A program made the position numbers and the translations under genes. This document shows, in pieces, positions 26,036 to 31,996 of a DNA stretch of 51,946 nt. Within the stretch, counting starts at the first letter, position 1; each line of letters opens with the position of its first letter. This DNA comes from a virus (taxonomy: Duplodnaviria; Heunggongvirae; Uroviricota; Caudoviricetes): the IMG/VR virus record IMGVR_UViG_3300044259_000172; one strand, 5' to 3'. The notes under the pieces were generated by a model. The model searched no databases, was not told the DNA's origin, and was given only the letters and a program-made list of their open reading frames with translations.

Positions 26036-26673
26036 AATAATTTTCTTCCTCTACTCCAACCTTCAGGAATGGGACCTTTAATTTTTTTAACTTCAATTCC
26101 ATTATTGATCCAAATAGAACCAAATTGAGAATTATTTTTTCCTATATATTTCCCTTTATGTGAATTAGACATTTTTAATTTTGTTTCCTCAGAATGGCTT
26201 TTACCCGTCCAATCAGGAGCTTTTAATTTACCTTCTTTATGAAGGATTTTATTACTTTCAGATAATCTAAGCGATGATCTTTTTCTAAATTCTAGATCTT
26301 TAGCTAATATTTTATTAGTTTTCATAGCAGCTTTTGATGATCTTAATTTATGAGATTCAGATCCATCATTAAGATAACCCCATCCACCTTTACCTCCTGG
26401 GCAAAGATTATAAACATCATTCCTTTTGAGGAATTCTTCGTTCACAATCTCAGCTTCTTTTTCATTCATTTCCTTTTCGGAAGAGCATTCAAACAAGATT
26501 TCTCTTTTAAAATTCTCAATTCCAAATTTAGAAATAGCTCTTTTAAGAAGCTTCCCAGAACCCATATAACCATCTTCTTTATTAGAAGTCATATGCTTTC
26601 CGATATAAATTTTACCATTTAGCAAGTTGGTAGTCTTGTAAATTAGGAAAAATTGATTTGATAAACCTGTCAT
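26026..26673 (-). CDS. GIY-YIG homing endonuclease (Seg-like) with NUMOD3
   Basis: IYKTTNLLNGKIYIGKH, YMGSG, YNL..GG.GG, HSEETKLKMS; start re-set to MTGLSN, 5 nt after TATAAATA (26679-26686). Confidence 0.9.
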   Translation of the reverse strand: MTGLSNQFFLIYKTTNLLNGKIYIGKHMTSNKEDGYMGSGKLLKRAISKFGIENFKREILFECSSEKEMNEKEAEIVNEEFLKRNDVYNLCPGGKGGWGYLNDGSESHKLRSSKAAMKTNKILAKDLEFRKRSSLRLSESNKILHKEGKLKAPDWTGKSHSEETKLKMSNSHKGKYIGKNNSQFGSIWINNGIEVKKIKGPIPEGWSRGRKLLDH

Positions 26674-26702
26674 ACAGATATTTATACAAATCAATTTTTC
26701 GA

Positions 26703-26775
26703 TGAGCGGGTGAAGGGAATCAAACCCTCTTCTTCGGCTTGGAAGGCCGAGGCACAATCAATATACCACACCAGC
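26703..26775 (-). tRNA. tRNA-Gly(TCC), CCA not fully encoded
   Basis: TCGGC-CTTCCAA-GCCGA, U73. Confidence 0.8.
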
Positions 26776-26840
26776 AAAATAAAGGAAAAACTAATAAGGT
26801 GAACTTGGCAAACAAATATTCACTAACATTAGTTTTTCGA

Positions 26841-26911
26841 TGTTGCGGCGCCCGGAGTCGAACCGGAAAAAATTGGCTTATGAGACCAATCGGGAACCCT
26901 TCCTCACCGCA
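26841..26911 (-). tRNA. tRNA-Met(CAT) with a shortened D arm, CCA not fully encoded
   Basis: Loop CTCATAA, TGCGGTG/CGCCGCA acceptor, canonical T arm. Confidence 0.7.
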
Positions 26912-26920
26912 ATATTTTAT

Positions 26921-26946
26921 AAGGAGAACTCTAAACATTCTCAACT
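26921..26946. repeat. 26-bp direct repeat copy 1 (copy 2 at 29615-29640)
   Basis: AAGGAGAACTCTAAACATTCTCAACT is identical at both sites. Confidence 0.85.
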
Positions 26947-26950
26947 AAAA

Positions 26951-27045
26951 TGGCCGGAAGCTGGTAGTGTCGATCTCCAAACGTGGTACTAGCACGTTCC
27001 ATCAGATTTCAAGTCTGAGTCAAGGGCCGCCTTGATTAACTTCCG
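26951..27045 (-). tRNA. tRNA-Ser(TGA)
   Basis: TCAGA-CTTGAAA-TCTGA, long variable arm, G73-CCA. Confidence 0.85.
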
Positions 27046-27060
27046 TAAACTTTGTTAATT

Positions 27061-27137
27061 TGGTAGGAACAATTGGATTTACACCAATACCTTCTGGTTT
27101 ACAACGCCAGATGAACTGTACCTTATTCGATATTCCT
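27061..27137 (-). tRNA. Atypical tRNA with a 9-nt anticodon loop (CGTTGTAAA; Thr-TGT or Tyr-GTA register)
   Basis: TCTGG/CCAGA stem, AGGAATA/TGTTCCT acceptor, CCA. Confidence 0.6.
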
Positions 27138-27140
27138 AAA

Positions 27141-27226
27141 TGGTGGGCAAAGAGAGACTCGAACTCTCACGTCTCAAAGGACACTTGGTTCTTAACCAAG
27201 CAAGGCTACCATTACATCATTTGCCC
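27141..27226 (-). tRNA. tRNA-Leu(AAG), class II
   Basis: CTTGG-TTAAGAA-CCAAG, long variable arm, A73-CCA. Confidence 0.75.
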
Positions 27227-27230
27227 ATGA

Positions 27231-27374
27231 ACTTTATGAGTTTCATCATTTTGCTCTATAGGGCACGACTCCTAGTTAAACGAACATACAAAATGAATTA
27301 CTCATTAAAGGTAAATAAGGGATGGATCCGTCGATCAATTAGCCATGCGGACATGCTACACACTTCTTATTTAC
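27231..27374 (-). ncRNA. Two-domain structured spacer RNA candidate
   Basis: GTAAATAAG/CTTATTTAC, TAGC-ATG/CAT-GGCTA, CATTTTG/CAAAATG and ATGAG/CTCAT stems. Confidence 0.45.
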
Positions 27375-27384
27375 ACTTAATATT

Positions 27385-27476
27385 TGGTACCTGTAGTCGG
27401 ATTCGAACCGACTCGAGAACGCTAATCTGGCGCTGAAAGACTTATAAGATCTCCCTGTGTACCTACACCTACAGGC
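27385..27476 (-). tRNA. Non-canonical class II tRNA with anticodon TAT (Ile codon ATA)
   Basis: Loop CTTATAA, G8, 4-bp D stem with AGGT loop, up to 7-bp anticodon stem, long V arm, A73-CCA. Confidence 0.7.
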
Positions 27477-27480
27477 AAAA

Positions 27481-27556
27481 TGGTATCCATGGTCGGATTC
27501 GAACCGACACTTTGGAGATTTTAAGTCTCCTGCCTCTGCCATTGGGCTACATGGAC
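27481..27556 (-). tRNA. tRNA-Leu(TAA), short variable loop
   Basis: GGAGA-CTTAAAA-TCTCC, CCA. Confidence 0.85.
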
Positions 27557-27565
27557 ATATTATAT

Positions 27566-27641
27566 TGGACCAAATTAATAGATTTGAACTATTCCTTTCT
27601 GTTCCACAAACAGACGTGCTAACCGCTAACACTAAACTTGG
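27566..27641 (-). tRNA. tRNA-His(GTG) without encoded G-1, U73
   Basis: TCTGT-TTGTGGA-ACAGA, CCA. Confidence 0.8.
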
Positions 27642-27648
27642 ATAGATT

Positions 27649-27723
27649 TGGCTGCTGAGATAGGAGTTGCACCTATAATCACCGCGTTAACGGCAGCTGC
27701 TTTACTAATTAGCACACTCAGCA
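27649..27723 (-). tRNA. Asn-bodied tRNA with an out-of-register anticodon loop (CGTTAAC)
   Basis: T1-A72 and G73 as in tRNA-Asn; GTT falls at positions 33-35 in the best stem. Confidence 0.55.
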
Positions 27724-27731
27724 AAATTGAA

Positions 27732-27809
27732 TGGTACGCCTGACCGGATTTGAACCGGCGAATGGTCTCCTTGAAAGGGAGGTGGCTTAGACCGCTTGCC
27801 AACAGACGT
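27732..27809 (-). tRNA. tRNA-Glu(TTC)
   Basis: CCTCC-CTTTCAA-GGAGA, CCA. Confidence 0.9.
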
Positions 27810-27814
27810 ATAAA

Positions 27815-27904
27815 TGGTGGGAGATGGGCTGAATCGAACACCTTGCCGCAAGGACGTGGGCTACAACCACGCGCCAGGACCACCTAGCCTTACTTGCATC
27901 TCCC
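27815..27904 (-). tRNA. Sec-like-fold tRNA with anticodon GTA (Tyr)
   Basis: 8-bp acceptor GGGAGATG/CATCTCCC, 6-bp D stem with TGGT loop, 6-bp anticodon stem, long V arm, A73-CCA. Confidence 0.65.
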
Positions 27905-27969
27905 TTAAATTGGGTTAAACTTTTTTACCAAGAGTCTAAAAACTTGGAAACCTCTAATTAAGGGGTAAA

Positions 27970-28044
27970 TGGTACGTATAAATGGATTTGAACCATTGAC
28001 CACTACCTTATCGGGGTAGCGCTCTACCACTGAGCTATATACGT
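27970..28044 (-). tRNA. tRNA-Ile(GAT)
   Basis: CTACC-CCGATAA-GGTAG, CCA. Confidence 0.85.
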
Positions 28045-28059
28045 AAAATTAGATGTATT

Positions 28060-28145
28060 TGGCTGGGATAGCAGGTATCGATCCTGCCTGGATAAATCCA
28101 ACCTCTGGTTAACAGCCAGGTGCCTTACCTCTCGGCCATATCCCA
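28060..28145 (-). tRNA. tRNA-Asn(GTT) with a long variable arm
   Basis: CCTGG-CTGTTAA-CCAGA, extra TGGA-TTTA-TCCA arm, G73-CCA. Confidence 0.8.
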
Positions 28146-28306
28146 ACAAAATACATCGTCATAATAATTAAACATCACATTTTAGTTTATAATATTAGGA
28201 TTGTGACTTCCCTTTTGAGGATAAGTACCTAATTCTCTTTTACGATTTTCTCTATTCAATTTTGAAAGAACTGAGTGACTTGTTATTGTCTCTCTTGATT
28301 ATGAAT

Positions 28307-28337
28307 TATTTATATCATACATTTGGTTTGTTGTACA
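28307..28337 (-). promoter_or_regulatory. Composite early/late promoter (TGTACA-N17-TATAAATA)
   Basis: TGTACA at 28332-28337 and TATAAATA at 28307-28314; the same design occurs at 32133-32163. Confidence 0.7.
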
Positions 28338-28346
28338 TAACTTTTT

Positions 28347-28667
28347 TCAAAAAATTCTAATTTTTTTAGGTTTTTTGTAAAAAGTAACAGATTCGATAGA
28401 ATGAATTCCATATTCTCCACAAGGACAATATTCTTGAAATGTTTCAATCAAATCAATATTAGCTAGATAATTATCTGGCCAATTATTTCTAAATTCGTGA
28501 AATGGAACCTTTCCTTTATGAGCTTTAATTAATTCAATAGCAGGTTTAATGATTTCTTCGATTTCTCGTAATGAAATGTCTCTAATAGAATGCACATAAT
28601 CAGCATCATTAGTATCACCTTCAATTACAATTTCATAATCTTTAGGTTCATTACTAAAATTTTCCAT
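28347..28667 (-). CDS. Hypothetical protein inside the tRNA array
   Basis: IEGDTNDADYV...CPCGEYGIHSIES. Confidence 0.65.
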   Translation of the reverse strand: MENFSNEPKDYEIVIEGDTNDADYVHSIRDISLREIEEIIKPAIELIKAHKGKVPFHEFRNNWPDNYLANIDLIETFQEYCPCGEYGIHSIESVTFYKKPKKIRIF

Positions 28668-28879
28668 TAAAATTTTCCAATTCTATATTCTAGAATTTTC
28701 TTGTATTCGTTCATAGCATGATATTGATCATAAAGTATTGAAGTCTCTTCTTCTGAACATTTTCTCTCAGAGGAAGGCAAAGAAAGAAATTTTAATAAAC
28801 TTTCAATTTTTGTTGTCAAATCAGAATGTTCATTCAAAACTCGCAATTCATGAGGTTTAGGTAAATTCATTTCTATCAA
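28667..28879 (-). CDS. Small coiled-coil hypothetical protein (crAss001_48-like pattern)
   Basis: RV..E..DL..KIE.L.KFL...L..QY.AM..Y..ILE.RI. Confidence 0.6.
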   Translation of the reverse strand: MIEMNLPKPHELRVLNEHSDLTTKIESLLKFLSLPSSERKCSEEETSILYDQYHAMNEYKKILEYRIGKF

Positions 28880-29036
28880 TTTCCTTTATTAGAGGTCTCA
28901 TTTGAGAGATATCTTTGTAAAATTTCTTTTTAGATTTTATATCAAGTTCTTCATCTAAAGTATTAATGTAATTTAAAATTCTATCAAGAGTTTCCCATTG
29001 ACCTCTTATGTAATAAGTCAATTCTGAATCATTCAT
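28857..29036 (-). CDS. Hypothetical protein
   Basis: Start re-set to MNDSELTYYIRGQWETL, after tRNA-Trp. Confidence 0.55.
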   Translation of the reverse strand: MNDSELTYYIRGQWETLDRILNYINTLDEELDIKSKKKFYKDISQMRPLIKEIDRNEFT

Positions 29037-29052
29037 AAAATTTATCCTATAA

Positions 29053-29127
29053 TGGCGCCAGCTGTAGGAATCGAACCTACTACACAAGGTTTTGGAGACC
29101 TGTATGTACCATAACACTCAACTGGCA
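29053..29127 (-). tRNA. tRNA-Trp(CCA)
   Basis: Loop CTCCAAA, G73-CCA. Confidence 0.85.
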
Positions 29128-29132
29128 ATTTA

Positions 29133-29227
29133 TGGTAAGCCGAGCAGGATTTACACCTGCAAAGATTTCTGATCAAGAAATCACCCGCTCTTACTGCGGG
29201 CGCGTTTATTAATTTCGCCACCGACTT
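29133..29227 (-). tRNA. Degenerate class II Leu-bodied tRNA (loop AG-TAA-GA, D loop lacks GG)
   Basis: CCCGC/GCGGG stem, long V arm, A73-CCA. Confidence 0.55.
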
Positions 29228-29237
29228 ATAAAATATA

Positions 29238-29311
29238 TGGTAGGTCTCAATAGAATCGAACTATTGTCTACTCCGTGTAAAAGAGGTATTTTACCATTAA
29301 ACTAGAGACCC
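29238..29311 (-). tRNA. tRNA-Val(TAC)
   Basis: Loop TTTACAC, CCA. Confidence 0.85.
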
Positions 29312-29316
29312 ATAAA

Positions 29317-29392
29317 TGGAGCCGTTAGACGGGTTCGAACCGACGACAACCTGATTACAAATCAGGTGCTCTTCCAACTGAGCTATAACGGC
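29317..29392 (-). tRNA. tRNA-Thr(TGT)
   Basis: CCTGA-TTTGTAA-TCAGG, CCA. Confidence 0.9.
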
Positions 29393-29434
29393 ATTTAATA
29401 ATTATCAAAGAACAGAAGAATAAAATCTTCGAAA

Positions 29435-29511
29435 TGGAGAACTAGATCAGATTTTAACTGATGAATAATGGTTTTGCAGACCACCCCGTTAGAACACTCC
29501 GGCACTAGTTC
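29435..29511 (-). tRNA. tRNA-Cys(GCA)
   Basis: GTGGT-CTGCAAA-ACCAT, U73-CCA. Confidence 0.8.
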
Positions 29512-29652
29512 ATTAAATCTTGTATATAGCAGACTGGACTTTAACCACTTTAATTTGATATTTCTGCGCAGGTCTTTCAAATTATCTTACTTAAACGTAA
29601 GGCTATACCTCTGAAAGGAGAACTCTAAACATTCTCAACTTATATATGCAAA

Positions 29653-29735
29653 TATTGACAACGATTTCCGAGGATTCGAACCTCACCTCTCGCCATTCCG
29701 GGCCAGTGTGCTTCCACGTTACACTACATCAATCT
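29653..29735 (-). pseudogene. Degenerate tRNA-like sequence
   Basis: Intact D arm (GTGT/GCAC) and T arm (TGAGG-TTCGAAT-CCTCG); broken anticodon stem; about 8-nt insert before the acceptor 3' strand; no CCA. Confidence 0.45.
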
Positions 29736-29871
29736 CATCTTTATAGAAATCCTGCAAGATTTTTAAAAGATGTGTCTCAAATGAGCCAATAAGAATTGCA
29801 GTCCTTATTCCTCATTTCGAATTCAGTTTGAATGTTTCCACCTGATAGCCCACATACAAAGCTCTTCATTC

Positions 29872-29947
29872 TGGTGGACGATATCGGGTTCGAACCGATG
29901 ACTTCCTGATTGCAGGTCAGGTACTCTCCCTACTGAGTTAATCGCCC
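29872..29947 (-). tRNA. tRNA-Ala(TGC)
   Basis: CCTGA-CCTGCAA-TCAGG, G3.U70, CCA. Confidence 0.9.
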
Positions 29948-29994
29948 ATTATTTGTTGTACTAAATTTGTTTTATTATTTATAACTCAAATTTA

Positions 29995-30576
29995 TTAAAT
30001 GCGACCTTTATACCATCCATCTGGCATATTATCAATATCTTTTTTAATCTTTTTATTTTCAATTCCATTAGTTATCCACATAGAACCAAATTGGGAATTT
30101 TTAGAACCTTGATTCTTTGATTTTCTCATTTTTTGTTTAGTTTCTTCAGAATGTTTTTTACCATTCCAATTATAAGTATTCTTCCAACTATATTCTTCCC
30201 AAATTTTTCTAGATGTTCCTCCTCGACTACAAAGATCTTTTATTTTTTCATTGTCAAGATCTTTGAAAAAGCCTCTTCTTGGATTTCCAAATTCATTAAT
30301 ATAATCGAAATTACCTTCACCTCCAGGTGATAAATTATATGTTCTTTCAGAAACAAGAATGATTTCTCTTTCTTTAGAAATCATATCCGATTTATTATCA
30401 AATATAAAAAGAATTTCTTTTTTAAAGTTTTCAAACCCGTATTTCTTAATTGCTTGTTTTATAAGTTTACCAGAACCCATATAACCATCATCAAGATTTT
30501 TAGTTTTATGCATTCCAATATAATATTTGGAATTTATTAAATTAGTAATCTTATATACGGTATAATACATCATCAA
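29995..30576 (-). CDS. GIY-YIG homing endonuclease (Seg-like) with NUMOD3, second copy
   Basis: VYKITNLINSKYYIGMH, YMGSG, YNLSPGGEG, HSEETKQKM. Confidence 0.9.
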   Translation of the reverse strand: MMMYYTVYKITNLINSKYYIGMHKTKNLDDGYMGSGKLIKQAIKKYGFENFKKEILFIFDNKSDMISKEREIILVSERTYNLSPGGEGNFDYINEFGNPRRGFFKDLDNEKIKDLCSRGGTSRKIWEEYSWKNTYNWNGKKHSEETKQKMRKSKNQGSKNSQFGSMWITNGIENKKIKKDIDNMPDGWYKGRI

Positions 30577-30620
30577 TCTCTAAAATATAAAGTCATTATA
30601 GACTATTTATATTTTAGAGA
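30577..30620 (-). promoter_or_regulatory. RBS-sequestering hairpin containing late promoter TATAAATA
   Basis: 15-bp arms at 30577-30591 and 30606-30620; TATAAATA at 30604-30611 lies in the 5' arm. Confidence 0.8.
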
Positions 30621-30627
30621 AATACAG

Positions 30628-30704
30628 TGGTCAGGGTAGCTGGATTTGAACCAGCGTTGCCACCTTCCAAGGGTGACCGAATGACCAGGCTTTCACATAC
30701 CCTG
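30628..30704 (-). tRNA. tRNA-Pro(TGG)
   Basis: TCACC-CTTGGAA-GGTGG, CCA. Confidence 0.9.
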
Positions 30705-30730
30705 ACTAAATACAACTCTATAAATTATTA

Positions 30731-30806
30731 TGGAGCACTTACAAGGATTCGAACCTTGATCCTGACCTTCGTAAAGTCTCGCTCTTTCCAGTTGAGCTAT
30801 AAATGC
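30731..30806 (-). tRNA. tRNA-Arg(ACG)
   Basis: Loop TTACGAA, canonical D and T arms, CCA. Confidence 0.85.
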
Positions 30807-30864
30807 ATTCTCCAAAATCAATTTATGTAACTTATATATAATGTTTCTCATAAAATGTACACAA

Positions 30865-31188
30865 TTAAAATTTAGAAATGTACATTTTATTTAGATATCC
30901 ATTATATTCAATTATACCATTATAATTTTTAATAATATAATTTTCATCTAAACCTTTAGGATTTATTCTCAAAATAATTCCTAATTTTCCACCAGAGGCA
31001 ATCTTTGAATATTTTGTTGCCTCTGTTAAATTTGAAGTCATATAAATTGTACCAGAATATTTTGATTTTGAAGGATCTAAACCTTCCTTCAAAATCATCT
31101 CTGCAGAGTTTTTATCAGTTCCATGATAATAAACATTTGCGATTTGTTCATTTAAAATATTTCTGGATTCAAATATGAGATTTTTCAT
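30865..31188 (-). CDS. Small ADP-ribosyltransferase-fold protein (Tpt1/KptA NAD-binding domain or PARP-like)
   Basis: YYHGT...ILKEGL.P...IYMT; AATAAATA late-like box at 31193-31200. Confidence 0.7.
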   Translation of the reverse strand: MKNLIFESRNILNEQIANVYYHGTDKNSAEMILKEGLDPSKSKYSGTIYMTSNLTEATKYSKIASGGKLGIILRINPKGLDENYIIKNYNGIIEYNGYLNKMYISKF

Positions 31189-31285
31189 AAATTATTTATT
31201 CAAAATATCTTGAATAAAAACTAAGAGCCATAAAATTGAAATGATAGGAAAAAATAAAAATCCTATCAAAAAATTCAATGTATCC

Positions 31286-31531
31286 TTAATTCGACCCAAT
31301 ATACTTTGTTCCATTGACCTTGATAGCATCAATATCTCCTGCGAAATTTTCTTCCAAAGTATCTTTGAGAGTTTTGATAATAAAATCTAGTTTCGCATTT
31401 CCCCAATGAGTAGGATCAATGAGAAGTTTAACATCAATTTCAAATTTTTCAGTCTTAGAATAGAAGGAACTATTTTTTGAATAGCTATCTCCATATCCTA
31501 CATCGAGATCGAGTGACATAGACATATAATG
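31286..31531 (-). CDS. Hypothetical protein
   Basis: AAGGA RBS before MSMSLDL. Confidence 0.5.
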   Translation of the reverse strand, partial: HYMSMSLDLDVGYGDSYSKNSSFYSKTEKFEIDVKLLIDPTHWGNAKLDFIIKTLKDTLEENFAGDIDAIKVNGTKYIGSN

Positions 31532-31801
31532 TTCCTTAATCATCATTAATATCAAAAGTGCCTGGTACCATCATAAATGAATATGATGGAGAACCTTTAT
31601 ATTGAAGGATCAATTGATCTAATTCATAAGAAATCTGATCAAATACTTCAATTTTATTGATAAGAGGAAAATATAGAATAACCATATTCATTTGAATCAC
31701 TCCTTAAAAGGATTTAACTGCCAATTCCATTAGAATCAAAATTCCAGTAAATACAATTACGGAAATTGATTCCATCGAAGTTATTTTAATCAATAGTTCT
31801 T

Positions 31802-31996
31802 TCATTTTGAAATTACCTTAAATTCTAAACCTTTTGTACCACAATAATAAAAATGAGTTTTACTCAAATCAAGAGTGGCATCAGGCGCCAATTTTTTCAA
31901 TTTCTGATTAATAATTGGAATATTTGCACTCCAATTCTTTTCATTCAATGTGGTCGACAAGTTGGAATTACATTCCAAGAATTCCTCAAATGTCAT
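31802..31996 (-). CDS. Small hypothetical protein with an internal-protein-like N-terminus (MTFEEFLE)
   Basis: Start re-set; TATAAACA at 32004-32011 just upstream. Confidence 0.5.
   Translation of the reverse strand: MTFEEFLECNSNLSTTLNEKNWSANIPIINQKLKKLAPDATLDLSKTHFYYCGTKGLEFKVISK

Noticed and set aside
27649-27723. Ochre suppressor implying TAA reassignment
   Set aside because: Core genes end normally at TAA with no read-through pattern; G33 is unfavourable for decoding; the body is Asn-like.
25626-27883. ORF-track calls overlapping tRNAs (26720-26944, 26739-26948, 27140-27436, 27339-27632, 27457-27645, 27632-27883, 29395-29580, 30627-30830, and the 5' extensions of 25449, 26026 and 28857)
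   Set aside because: They are chance frames through tRNA genes, with no RBS and no protein-like features.
28150-28300. Possible structured RNA leader upstream of tRNA-Asn
   Set aside because: Only short AT-rich stems, not distinguishable by eye from chance.
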